From contig URNN01000001.1 of NCBI GenBank assembly GCA_900549175.1, positions 65 to 64,064 of the forward strand: DNA of 64,000 nt. Reading direction: 5' to 3'. This document shows, one piece after another, positions 18,293 to 28,052 of the stretch. This DNA is from an uncultured Prevotella sp. Its GTDB lineage: Bacteria; Bacteroidota; Bacteroidia; Bacteroidales; Bacteroidaceae. Position 1 is the stretch's first letter. Every line of letters begins with the position of its first letter. The translations under genes were made by a program, and so were the position numbers. Under the pieces are notes generated by a model that was not told the origin of the DNA, ran no database searches, and saw only the letters and a program-made list of their open reading frames with translations.

Positions 18293-19550
18293 ACCGTTGT
18301 AATCCATATTTATCGAACAGAGCAATCAATAATTCAACCAAACCGTCCATGTCTTCTTTTGTATGACTTGCCATGACACTTATACGGAAACGTGTAAGAT
18401 TGGCAGGAACGACAGGGGGTATTATGGCATTGATGAAATAACCGTTGTCAAAAGCATCTTTCACCATGTATGTAAGTATAGTCGCGTCCCCCACGACAAG
18501 AGGTATAATCGGTGTCTGTGTATTAAGTATATTAAAGCCGGCCGTTCTAAGGGCATTTTGAAGATACGATGTGTTCTGTTGCAACTTTTCCACGATGTCC
18601 GAATTGTCCATCTTCTTAAACACCTCTATAGCCCCGGCACAGACAGATGGAGGCAGTGATGTCGAGAACATATTACTGCGAGCGTATATACGAAGGTAAT
18701 CAATAATTTCCTGAGAGGCGGTTATATATCCTCCAACTGTTCCCACCGCTTTGCTGAGCGTCCCGGTTACAATTATGTTGTCACGCTCTGTTATGCCATA
18801 GTAAGACAATGTACCGGCCCCCTTTTCACCGATAACACCAGTGGCATGTGCTTCATCAATCAGAAGTATTGCGTTATATTTTTTACATAGAGCCAGTATT
18901 TCGGGTATATTGGCTATGTCCCCGTCCATGCTGAAAACACCGTCTGTCGCCACCATTATCCCATCAGGATATTGTTCCGCATTAGCCGAAAGTATTTTTT
19001 CAAGATGTGCCATGTCTCCATGTTTGAACCGGAGCATCTTGGCACCTGAGAGAACTGTCGCATCGAGAAGACTGGCATGGTCGAGCTTATCATGAATTAT
19101 CAGATGGTTGCTGCGCAACAATCCTGAAATAGCTCCGAGATTGGCTGTATAGCCTGACGAGAACAGCATAGCATCACCGAATCCTGTCTTGTCCGCAATC
19201 ATCCTCTCTAACTGTGGCTGATAAATTGTCGTACCGGTAAGCAACGGAACTCCTCCAGAGCCTATTCCAAATTCCCTGGTTACCTCTATCGCCTTTTCCA
19301 CCGCTTCTGAAAGTATAGTCGCCCCAAGATAACTGTTAGACCCAAAGATTATGACTTTCTCCGTCTTTCCTGTGTGTCGGTTATATACAAGTGATTCTCT
19401 ATCGCAGGCACTGACATGAGGGTGTTTTTTGTAATTGTTTAGACCTGCTTCTTCATGTTGCCTTAGTTCTTCTTGAAAATCGGAGACTTTACCAAGTATC
19501 GAACCGTCTTTACTTGTTTTGTTGACGGTCATATTAATTGTATATTTCAT
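18282..19550 (-). CDS. PLP-dependent alpha-oxoamine synthase (BioF/Kbl/SPT/CqsA family)
   Basis: FGSNSYLG, SSGYTAN, DHASL, DGVFSMDGD, DEAH, GTLSKA (PLP lysine). Confidence 0.92.
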   Translation of the reverse strand: MKYTINMTVNKTSKDGSILGKVSDFQEELRQHEEAGLNNYKKHPHVSACDRESLVYNRHTGKTEKVIIFGSNSYLGATILSEAVEKAIEVTREFGIGSGGVPLLTGTTIYQPQLERMIADKTGFGDAMLFSSGYTANLGAISGLLRSNHLIIHDKLDHASLLDATVLSGAKMLRFKHGDMAHLEKILSANAEQYPDGIMVATDGVFSMDGDIANIPEILALCKKYNAILLIDEAHATGVIGEKGAGTLSYYGITERDNIIVTGTLSKAVGTVGGYITASQEIIDYLRIYARSNMFSTSLPPSVCAGAIEVFKKMDNSDIVEKLQQNTSYLQNALRTAGFNILNTQTPIIPLVVGDATILTYMVKDAFDNGYFINAIIPPVVPANLTRFRISVMASHTKEDMDGLVELLIALFDKYGLQRYVK

Positions 19551-19561
19551 AATAGTTAAAT

Positions 19562-19681
19562 TTATAACGCATATTATAAATGCAAAGGTACTAATAATAT
19601 CTAAAAAAGAAGAACTTTACTCAGAGAAAATACAATATGATGCTGAAAATTTCTTCATATCGTTATATTTTCGTACCTTTG
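19562..19681. promoter_or_regulatory. Divergent promoters (synthase operon / tetR) with palindromic operator
   Basis: TACCTTTG on - (19583-19590) and on + (19674-19681); TTATAACGCATATTATAA at 19562-19579. Confidence 0.65.
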
Positions 19682-19710
19682 TACCGAATTTAAGCATATT
19701 ATTTTTTATT

Positions 19711-20310
19711 ATGAGCAAAGGAGAAGTAAGTCGTCAAAAAATACTGATAGAAGCATTCAGGCTATTCGCAACAATGCCTTATGACCGAGTGTCTTTCAGT
19801 GTCATGGAGAAAGAAATCGGAATAAGTCGTGGTTCTATGATATATTATTTCAAGAATAAAGAGGGGCTATTTAGTGAGGTCGTTCATGCTTTTGTATATG
19901 GAGCATCATCTATAAAGGCAGTTCCTGATGCATATAAATTGTCTCTTTGCTCATTTTATAATTATTTTATTGAAACATTGAAGCGTGAACAGGAGCAGAT
20001 GTCCAATATTGGCATTGTCAATATAAATGAAGCTCTGATGCGTATTGAAAATTCAGCTCTGACTTATATACCGAATTTCAAGGAACAAACAGCCCAATGG
20101 TATGAGGAAGAACTGTCGATTTGGAGATCTGTTATTGAAAACGCAATTTCCACAGGAGAAATAAGGAGCAAAATAGATGTCGTTGCAATTAGTTATTTTT
20201 ATGAAGATTGTTATTTAGGCAGAGCGTTTGACGGAGTTTTCACCAAAACAGGATATGATATAAACAAGCTAAAGTTGACTTATGATCATATATACACGCT
20301 CCTCAAATAA
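19711..20310 (+). CDS. TetR/AcrR family regulator
   Basis: ATG at 19711 after the promoter; HTH YDRVSFSVMEKEIGISRGSMIYYFKNKEGLF. Confidence 0.9.
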   Translation: MSKGEVSRQKILIEAFRLFATMPYDRVSFSVMEKEIGISRGSMIYYFKNKEGLFSEVVHAFVYGASSIKAVPDAYKLSLCSFYNYFIETLKREQEQMSNIGIVNINEALMRIENSALTYIPNFKEQTAQWYEEELSIWRSVIENAISTGEIRSKIDVVAISYFYEDCYLGRAFDGVFTKTGYDINKLKLTYDHIYTLLK

Positions 20311-20989
20311 AGAATTATAGCATATTATTTCCTTATAGCAATTTCATATACAGTAGGTTAATAATCAATTTCCCATTTGAATATGGACAAGGCAAAAAAA
20401 CGATACCATTAGAGCAATAAAAAAATAACTGGCAATAATAATAACATTCCCCAACACACTAAAGACGTAGCAGGATTTAACTTATCTGTTTACACTACAC
20501 ATATATTTATATAAGTATTATTTAGTTCATAATTAATTTGTCACCTTATAATTTTACTATTCCATAATTTGCGGATTCTGCTTTAGATCGTTCTCACATT
20601 TTGTTACCGCACTGTATTTTCCTCCCATACTCAAAAGTACAGATAATAGAGAGATTAACACGTAAATAATAATCGCTGCCGTAATCAGTTTGGAATTCAG
20701 AATATAAAGGAGTGCCGTATTTCCATGTCGAGTTGTCCAATCTCTTATTGAAAAATTTTCAAACAGAAAGCCTTATTATTCCAATCTGAGTTTGAACGCC
20801 ATGCAATAAGTCCGTAACAGTTTCTGCTACGATATACTTTGCTGATGTTGAAACGCAATCCTTTTTGCAAAGTATCATATTCCCATAGGAAAACAATTTG
20901 TTTAGGTAATTATAGCAAGAGAATGGCATTTGGAGCATAAAAAGAGCAGAATACAAAGTCTGAAAGCTATTAAAAGAGCATTAAATGCT

Positions 20990-21619
20990 TCACTCGGACA
21001 GCCCCTTCAACGCCTGTTTCCGTGTCTTGTCGATAAACTGCAGTAATATTCCCGGATTAATATGATTCCCTTCCATTCGTACCGTCAGGTGCAAGTGTGG
21101 TCCGGAACTTCGTCCAGAATTGCCTGTTATCCCGATTGGGTCTCCAGGATGGACAAATACACCTTTGGCGACTGTAATCTTTGAAAGATGACAATAACTG
21201 ACCGTCAGGTCTCCATGTCTTAATGTAACATACATACCGGAACGGCTGTCTTTTCCTGCGCGAATCACCTTACCACAGAACATGGCATATGCCGGTTCAT
21301 AATGCGCTCTCAGATCAAGTCCGTTATGCCTGACCTTTTTCTTCGTAAACGGGTCTGTACGCATACCGAATGGGCTGGTGACTATAATTCTCCTGAGTGG
21401 ATAAGATGCACCAGGAGAATCCTCTGACTGTTTTTTTTCTCTATGGATAGATTGGGCGGGACTCAACTTTTTGAAGTCCGCTATCGGGTATGTAGGTACC
21501 ATTCTCTCTCTCTTGGCTTTATTAGCTGCCTGACCCTCACCGACTGTATATAACTGTGCTGAAATAGTGACAGTGTACAATGCAAAAAGTGTTGCCATCA
21601 ATAGTTGTAAATTTCTCAT
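20990..21619 (-). CDS. M23 family metallopeptidase (secreted)
   Basis: HNGLD, YCHL and GPHLH motifs; signal peptide. Confidence 0.9.
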   Translation of the reverse strand: MRNLQLLMATLFALYTVTISAQLYTVGEGQAANKAKRERMVPTYPIADFKKLSPAQSIHREKKQSEDSPGASYPLRRIIVTSPFGMRTDPFTKKKVRHNGLDLRAHYEPAYAMFCGKVIRAGKDSRSGMYVTLRHGDLTVSYCHLSKITVAKGVFVHPGDPIGITGNSGRSSGPHLHLTVRMEGNHINPGILLQFIDKTRKQALKGLSE

Positions 21620-21812
21620 GCCGACAAAAGTAAAGAGATCAAGAGAGAGAGCATTACGAAACGACGAAAAAACAGATGTTGAATAACAAAATATAGCATT
21701 TGAGTTTGATTATTGCTCAGAAATCAAACTCAAATAATAATATTCGTCAAAAGATAAGTTATAAAAGGATTAAGGCGAGAGTAATGTGTGAGAGCCAAAG
21801 TAACTTTGCAGA

Positions 21813-21880
21813 AGGTTAGCTGCATTTCAGCATAATTTAAGCGAGCTTAGTTCTGCGTTCGATTTGCACAACCTTTGCAT
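21813..21880 (-). repeat. Divergent copy of the short structured repeat, in the promoter region of the backbone operon
   Basis: Minus strand GCAGAACTAAGCTCGCTTAAATTATGCTGAAATGCAGCT resembles the copy at 49953. Confidence 0.45.
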
Positions 21881-21909
21881 GAGTTTAACATCATATTCAA
21901 TAAAAAAGT

Positions 21910-22659
21910 ATGAAACAAGTACGATTTGAAGAGAGCGAAGTGCCTTATCAGACACTTGCTCGTTTTGGTCTCACACAGGAGAAGATTGAAGACCTGCCCT
22001 TGTGGGCATTAGAGGATATTGGCCAGGGACGGCGTTCGCCGTTACTGCCTATACAGGTGACAGACGAGAATGGTGTGACATTGAGGAGCCGCACCCGATT
22101 TGCGTTAGTCCGTATGGAAGACGGCAAGGTGGATGTTGTGTTCTATCCGCAGCTGGAAAAGTCACCCTTGGAGGCATTCTCTCAGGAACAGCAGGAGGAC
22201 TTGTTGGCTGGCAAGGCCATTCTTTCAGACGTGAAGGATGCAGAGGGCAGAAACAGCAAGGCATTCGTGCAGATTGACAAGGAGACGAATCAGGTAATGT
22301 CAGTGCCAACACCCGTTATCGGACGTAATCTGGAGGTTCTGAAGGACGAGTTGAAACTAAGCCCGGCAGAACTGAACGTGATGCAGAAGGGCGAGCCGCT
22401 CACACTCATCATGGAGGACGAGCAGGTGACGGTGGGTATCGACCTGAATGACAAGACCGGTATCCGCATCTGCCAGGGTGACAGCCAGAAGTGGAAGGAG
22501 AACACTAAGCGTGAGTGGGACAAGTACACCTTTGGCTGTTATGGCTGTTGGGTGATGGACGATGACGGCAATCTCGACTATGTACCCGAAGAGGAATATT
22601 CTGAGGAATTGTGGAACGAACTGAACAGTAAGAGCAGAGCCAAAGCCATGAAGCTTTGA
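21910..22659 (+). CDS. DUF4099-like conserved conjugative-element protein; C-terminus altered by a mini-element insertion
   Basis: EVPYQTLARFGLTQE..GRRSPLLPI; removing 22622-22700 restores ..WNEQKKNVERNCAIVSMHK* ending at 22750. Confidence 0.7.
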   Translation: MKQVRFEESEVPYQTLARFGLTQEKIEDLPLWALEDIGQGRRSPLLPIQVTDENGVTLRSRTRFALVRMEDGKVDVVFYPQLEKSPLEAFSQEQQEDLLAGKAILSDVKDAEGRNSKAFVQIDKETNQVMSVPTPVIGRNLEVLKDELKLSPAELNVMQKGEPLTLIMEDEQVTVGIDLNDKTGIRICQGDSQKWKENTKREWDKYTFGCYGCWVMDDDGNLDYVPEEEYSEELWNELNSKSRAKAMKL

Positions 22660-22700
22660 GCTATGCCGAGTCGTGAAGTTCGAAGACGAAGTCAACGAAC
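22622..22700 (+). mobile_element. Miniature structured insertion, copy 1
   Basis: Flanked by AACGAAC duplication (22615-22621, 22694-22700); core GAGCAGAG-hairpin-CTATGCCGAGTCG..GACGAAGTC. Confidence 0.8.
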
Positions 22701-22767
22701 AGAAGAAAAACGTAGAACGTAACTGTGCAATTGTTTCCATGCACAAATAATCAACACATTATCTATA

Positions 22768-22998
22768 ATGTATATGGCAGCAAACAAATATTATCCGGAA
22801 GACATACTCGTCGAGAAGATGCAAAGCGGCGAGTACGGATGGTTGGACTATATCAACCATCATTCCGCTGAATGGCAGGAAGAATACGAGAGCTATTGTC
22901 TGAAACGCGGACTCTGCATCAGCGAAGAGACGGCAGAGCAGTTCGTCCATTACAAGGATGAGCAGCTGGAGCTGGCTGTTGAGAACGGGGACGCATAA
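22768..22998 (+). CDS. Hypothetical protein
   Basis: ORF within a tight operon, acidic composition. Confidence 0.7.
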   Translation: MYMAANKYYPEDILVEKMQSGEYGWLDYINHHSAEWQEEYESYCLKRGLCISEETAEQFVHYKDEQLELAVENGDA

Positions 22999-23010
22999 TA
23001 ACAGGACTGT

Positions 23011-24618
23011 ATGGCAATAAGAAAGAATACCAATCCACAGCAGATGAACCTGCAGCCGGAGATGCGTGACATTCTCATGCGCAACGGTATGCAGGCTCAT
23101 GTGGTGAGCAATGGCAGCGGCTATCAGCTACTTGTACAGGGGCATGACAGCCCTCTTCTCACCTATAATATCACAGAAAGGCAGATGCTGGCTCTGACCG
23201 ACTGGGGAACCAACCATGCCAATAAGTTAGCCTACAATACATTCACGGGTATTGTAGGTAATGACTTCTATCTGCCCAAGAATTTCGTCCATGCACGCAA
23301 TGCCAACGGTCGTGTGGCAATGGGACTGCACGGGTATCGTATAGGCATCGGCGAGTATGGACGTACCGGACGTATCGGTATGCCACCACTCTTTCTTGGC
23401 TGGACACCACGCAGTCAAGAGGGATTCCATCTCCGTAGAGTTGGAGGGCGACTGTTCTTTCCTGAAGCACCGATTGTGCCGGAGCGTTGGGACGGAAGGA
23501 TGAAGCCCGGTGAGTTGCAGAGCGGAGGCTACGGCTTTTACTATAAAGGACAGCAACAGCAATACACACCCGTCCAACAGGATGTACTGAAGGATTTGGA
23601 GGCTGTAATCACACCTGCGGTCAGCCGTCCAAGAAGCCAAGAACCGGCCAAGCCCTACAAGGAACTGATTACCTCACCCGTTTATTTCACCAATGAGAAG
23701 TGGCAGGAGTGTCTGGCTTCGCATGGCATCATCATTGATGAGAATGCGAAAACACTGACCATCCAGTCGAACAGCGTCAATGCCGATATGGTGTATAACT
23801 TGACTGATGAAGAATTGAAGAAACTCACCTCCAACTCCATCAAGGAAGTATCCACAGCACAGCGTCTGGAGGTGCTGAACGGTATCATCAAAGATGATTT
23901 CGCCGACAAGGTGACGATGGACATGCTGAACAGCAAGGAGCGTATAGACCTGCACCTGCATCCAGAGATAGAGCAAGAGCTTCAGCAGCGTCAGCAGCAG
24001 GACGAGGAGCGGTTGCACCCTCTTGAAAACGACGAGACCGTAATAAGAGAGATGCCGCAGGGCGATGCCATGGTTCATGGAGAAGACCTTGTCCTGCTCA
24101 ACGAGAACAAAGGCTGGTACCGCGAGGGCGCACATGGCAGGGAGGTACAGGTGGAGAGCATCTTTGTTGAGAAAGTGCAGCAAAAGGAGGGAGAAGGAGG
24201 AAAAGGCAAGGAGAACGAAGCCAAGTACCGCATGACAGCTGTCATCAACGGCGAGTCCATCACACACGAAATCAAGCAGAAGGACTATGACAAGTTCCTT
24301 GCCGTGGATGACTATCACCGCATGAAACTCTTCTCCAAAGTCTTCAGCGAAGTGGATATGAAAACACGTCCAGAAGCCTATGCCGGACTGGGCACCAAGA
24401 TACTGGCCGCATTGACAGCCGGCGCAGTCGTGACGGCTGAGGTGGCGCATGACATGAGCCATCATCGCCATCCTGCTCCCGAGTTCTATGCGGAGCATCA
24501 CGGTGCAGCACCGCGTCCATACTTCAAGCCCGGAGTGGATTCTCCACAGGAGATTGCGGCACGTAACTTCGAGGCGCAAGCCAATCAGGTAGCGACGGAG
24601 ATTAGAAGAGGATATTAG
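23011..24618 (+). CDS. Conserved hypothetical backbone protein
   Basis: 535-aa ORF coupled to neighbours. Confidence 0.75.
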   Translation: MAIRKNTNPQQMNLQPEMRDILMRNGMQAHVVSNGSGYQLLVQGHDSPLLTYNITERQMLALTDWGTNHANKLAYNTFTGIVGNDFYLPKNFVHARNANGRVAMGLHGYRIGIGEYGRTGRIGMPPLFLGWTPRSQEGFHLRRVGGRLFFPEAPIVPERWDGRMKPGELQSGGYGFYYKGQQQQYTPVQQDVLKDLEAVITPAVSRPRSQEPAKPYKELITSPVYFTNEKWQECLASHGIIIDENAKTLTIQSNSVNADMVYNLTDEELKKLTSNSIKEVSTAQRLEVLNGIIKDDFADKVTMDMLNSKERIDLHLHPEIEQELQQRQQQDEERLHPLENDETVIREMPQGDAMVHGEDLVLLNENKGWYREGAHGREVQVESIFVEKVQQKEGEGGKGKENEAKYRMTAVINGESITHEIKQKDYDKFLAVDDYHRMKLFSKVFSEVDMKTRPEAYAGLGTKILAALTAGAVVTAEVAHDMSHHRHPAPEFYAEHHGAAPRPYFKPGVDSPQEIAARNFEAQANQVATEIRRGY

Positions 24619-24619
24619 C

Positions 24620-26092
24620 ATGAGCGGCAATGGACTGACATACGATGACTTTCTGAACAGACTTAGCATACAGGATGTTCTGCTGGACGCGGGCTATCAT
24701 CTGAACAAGAGGGATGGCTTGCGCTATCCGTCGTATGTGCGCACCGACAGCGACGGCAGACGGGTGCGTGGCGACAAGTTCATCGTCACCCAAAATGGCA
24801 AGTGCTGCTTCCAGCCACCGCAGCAAAAGGTGTATAATGTCATCTCATTCATTAAGGAACATCCCGAATTGTTTGCAGAGAACAAGTCCGGAGTGTCCGC
24901 TGACAGGCTCGTCAACCTCGTCTGCGACAGACTCCTCAATCAGCCCGTCGAGGACAGGTCTGCCAGAATCGCAGAACCGAGAAAAAACAGCAAGCCATTC
25001 TCCTTGAATGATTACGACATCCACAAGTTCAACCCACAGGACAGGGAGACACAGAAGAAGTTTTATCCCTATTTCAAATATAGGGGCATCGACCTTTATA
25101 CGCAGTATGCCTTTCACCGCCATTTCTGCCTGGCGACCAAGCACCGCCCGGACGGTCTCGGTTTCGCCAACCTCTCCTTTCCGCTTGTCCTGCCCAAAGA
25201 GCCGGACAAGACCGTGGGCTTCGAGGAACGAGGGCGACCGAAAATGGACGGCAGCGGCGGTTATAAGGGCAAGGCTGAAGGCAGCAACAGCAGCGAAGGC
25301 CTGTGGATAGCCAGTCCCGGTGGTACGGGACTGAAAGAAGCCAAGTCCGTCTATGTCTTTGAGAGCGCATATGATGCCATGGCGTTCTATCAGCTGCGGA
25401 TGGGACAGGACAAAGGACAGGATGCCGGCAGACAACGCGATTTCAAGCCCTCAGTCTATGTCTCCACAGGAGGCAATCCCGGTGTAGGCCAGATGCAGGG
25501 ACTCATCAATGCCGCTCCGCAGGCAACTTTCCATCTTGGATTTGACAATGACATGGCCGGGAAACAGTTTGCCGCCAACTTCGAGGATATTGCAAGAAAG
25601 ACAGGACCAGTCTCACCAGACAGAATCCCGGCTGATATGAGACCCTTTATTGAGAGTTTTGACAATCCGCTCAGAACGACCAAGGATTTGTTTGGCATAG
25701 AAGATGAGCAGTATGCCGCACTCCCCAAGCCACTGCAAGAGCTTTATCGCAAATACGACTCGGCAATGGAAGAGGCAATGGAGTATCACTATTCGCCACT
25801 TGTGTGCAAGGAGGACAAACAGGAAGCCGCAGAGGCAATGAATAAGGCTTATCGAAACTTTAAGGCTGCACTGTTAGAGAAACTCCATCTTCAGGATGGT
25901 CAGGATTTATCCCCTGTTAAAATCATCCGTGAAATGCCTTCCATGGGCTACAAGGATTTCAACGATGAATTGCAGGGAAAGAGACAGCTCTCACAGACCG
26001 ACGGTACTAAGACTGGCCAGAATAAGACCGAGCCTACGGTGAAAGAACAAGAAGAGAACGAACAAAGAGTAACTACATTCCATCGCAGATGA
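24620..26092 (+). CDS. Toprim-domain (primase-like) protein
   Basis: VYVFESAYDAMA, STGG, LGFDNDMAG, YKDFNDEL. Confidence 0.85.
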   Translation: MSGNGLTYDDFLNRLSIQDVLLDAGYHLNKRDGLRYPSYVRTDSDGRRVRGDKFIVTQNGKCCFQPPQQKVYNVISFIKEHPELFAENKSGVSADRLVNLVCDRLLNQPVEDRSARIAEPRKNSKPFSLNDYDIHKFNPQDRETQKKFYPYFKYRGIDLYTQYAFHRHFCLATKHRPDGLGFANLSFPLVLPKEPDKTVGFEERGRPKMDGSGGYKGKAEGSNSSEGLWIASPGGTGLKEAKSVYVFESAYDAMAFYQLRMGQDKGQDAGRQRDFKPSVYVSTGGNPGVGQMQGLINAAPQATFHLGFDNDMAGKQFAANFEDIARKTGPVSPDRIPADMRPFIESFDNPLRTTKDLFGIEDEQYAALPKPLQELYRKYDSAMEEAMEYHYSPLVCKEDKQEAAEAMNKAYRNFKAALLEKLHLQDGQDLSPVKIIREMPSMGYKDFNDELQGKRQLSQTDGTKTGQNKTEPTVKEQEENEQRVTTFHRR

Positions 26093-26580
26093 ACATGAGA
26101 CAAGACAATAACACGGTAATCACATTGCGCCCCAGCGTATGGCAGTTCTTCATCAACGAGCTGCCAATGCTCTTGCTGTGTATATGTGCATTTGCCGTTG
26201 GAGGTTTGCCAAATAAAGAAATAGGAAAGACAGCCCTTGCCATAGCAGGACTTCTTTCCCTCTGTTTGCTTTACCGGTTCATCTATCTGAGGAATATCCG
26301 CTACCGCATCGGGAGTGAGCAGATTATCTGTGAGCATGGTGTGTTTCAGCGTAGCGTGAACTATATGGAACTGTACCGGGTTGTGGACTTTGCAGAGCAT
26401 CAGACTCTGTTGCAACAGATTTGCGGACTGAAAAGCGTGACGATATTCTCCATGGACAGAAGCACACCGCGTTTGGAACTTACAGGCATGGCAAATAAGC
26501 GGGAGATCGTCTCACATATCCGTCAGCGAGTGGAAATCAATAAAAGAAGAAAGGGAGTTTATGAGATTACGAACAGATAA
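26089..26580 (+). CDS. Membrane protein with bacterial PH domain
   Basis: Two TM segments then YRIGSEQIICEHGVF..ELYRVVD. Confidence 0.8.
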   Translation: MNMRQDNNTVITLRPSVWQFFINELPMLLLCICAFAVGGLPNKEIGKTALAIAGLLSLCLLYRFIYLRNIRYRIGSEQIICEHGVFQRSVNYMELYRVVDFAEHQTLLQQICGLKSVTIFSMDRSTPRLELTGMANKREIVSHIRQRVEINKRRKGVYEITNR

Positions 26581-27262
26581 TATACTGCTCATCCTGCTTG
26601 TCATGGTGTTTGCAGTACCGTCAGCCAACGCGCAGATCGTATCCGCCAATCCTTTGGAATGGATGGCATTGGCAGAGGGCAATGAAGCCATCAACGGTGA
26701 GATCGAGAAGGAAATCAAAGGGCAGACCAAGACGGCCATGCTGCAGAACACCATCGCCGCAGAGTTCACGAAGATACACGGCTGGGAGAAGAAATACAAC
26801 AGTTATCTGAAAACCGCCAGCGGCTATGCCTCCTTCCTCAAAGCCTGCACCCATCTGTATGACGACGGTGTGAGAATCTTTGTCACCCTTGGCAAGCTCC
26901 GCAAGGCCATCGCAGACAATCCGCAGGGCATCGTTGCCACAATGAGCATGAACAACCTCTATATGGAAACAGCCACGGAACTGGTGTCGGTGTTCACCCT
27001 GCTGAAGGATGCCGTCGCCAAGGGCGGCAGGGAAAACATGCTGACAGGTGCGGACCGCAGCAAGACATTGTGGGCATTGAATGACAAGCTGGGTGCTTTC
27101 AGCAAGAAACTTCACAGGCTCTACCTCTCCATACGCTACTACACGATGACCGATGTGTGGAACCGCGTGACTGCAGGAATGATAGACCGCAGCAACGGGG
27201 AGATTGCCGTACAAGCCCTTGGACGCTGGCGCAGGGCCGGGCGGTTGACAGCCGGTTATTAA
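26561..27262 (+). CDS. Secreted helical conjugation-associated protein (possibly DUF4141-like)
   Basis: Signal peptide ending ANA-Q; helical; similar layout to the next gene. Confidence 0.6.
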   Translation: MRLRTDNILLILLVMVFAVPSANAQIVSANPLEWMALAEGNEAINGEIEKEIKGQTKTAMLQNTIAAEFTKIHGWEKKYNSYLKTASGYASFLKACTHLYDDGVRIFVTLGKLRKAIADNPQGIVATMSMNNLYMETATELVSVFTLLKDAVAKGGRENMLTGADRSKTLWALNDKLGAFSKKLHRLYLSIRYYTMTDVWNRVTAGMIDRSNGEIAVQALGRWRRAGRLTAGY

Positions 27263-27286
27263 CGATAAACGATTCATGCCGTAACC

Positions 27287-27970
27287 ATGAGATATTATAT
27301 TTCTTTTGTCATGATAATGTTGGTGTCATCCTTTGCGGGAGTACGGGCGCAGAACGATCCTACTCTTGCAGGGATGATTCTGCTATATACCAACAAGGCG
27401 GAAAAGGAGCTGAAGAACCAGGAGAAAGTGATGCTGCTACAGTCCACAGGCCATATCTGGACGAAGGAAGAGGTGGAAGCCACCACCGACCTGCAGCGGG
27501 AGTTCAACAACTATCTGGACTCCTTCCGCTCCATTGTATGCTATGCCGCACAGATATACGGTTTCTATCACGAGATAACACAGCTCACAGACAACATGGG
27601 CGGTCTTGTCAGACAGCTTGATGCCCATCCTGCCAACGGGCTTGCCGTAGCCCTGTCCACCAAGCGCAACAGGATATACCGTGAGCTGATCATGAACAGC
27701 ATCGAGATTGTAAATGACATCCGCACAGTGTGTCTTTCCGGCAACAAGATGACCGAGAAGGAGCGCATGGAGATAGTCTTCGGCATCCGCCCCAAACTGA
27801 AGACGATGAACAGACAGCTGAAACGCCTGACCAGGGCGGTGAAATACACCACCATGGGCGACATCTGGCTGGAGATAGACGAAGGGGCACGTCCTGCCAA
27901 GGCCAATAAGGCAGAGATAGTGGCAGCGGCAAAGAGACGTTGGAAACAGGTAAGCAAAAATGTCAAGTGA
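27287..27970 (+). CDS. Secreted helical conjugation-associated protein (possibly DUF4141-like)
   Basis: Signal peptide ending VRA-Q; MTEKERM..YTTMGDIW parallels the previous gene's LTGADRS..YYTMTDVW. Confidence 0.6.
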   Translation: MRYYISFVMIMLVSSFAGVRAQNDPTLAGMILLYTNKAEKELKNQEKVMLLQSTGHIWTKEEVEATTDLQREFNNYLDSFRSIVCYAAQIYGFYHEITQLTDNMGGLVRQLDAHPANGLAVALSTKRNRIYRELIMNSIEIVNDIRTVCLSGNKMTEKERMEIVFGIRPKLKTMNRQLKRLTRAVKYTTMGDIWLEIDEGARPAKANKAEIVAAAKRRWKQVSKNVK

Positions 27971-28034
27971 TGGAGCAGCGAGAGCTGAGCTTGTTCGAGC
28001 TATGCCGAGTCGTGACAGAAGAAGACGAAGTCAA
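27967..28034 (+). mobile_element. Miniature structured insertion, copy 2
   Basis: GTCAA on both sides; removal gives ..NVKP*. Confidence 0.75.
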
Positions 28035-28052
28035 ACCATAAAATGAGAGAAA

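Noticed and set aside
18282..19550. Calling the synthase bioF or spt
   Set aside because: Family is clear but substrate is not; no bio operon or ACP context
20310..20990. AT-rich gap with a 65-aa ORF (20759-20956), possibly a decayed gene
   Set aside because: Only short frames and no recognisable motif; left unassigned
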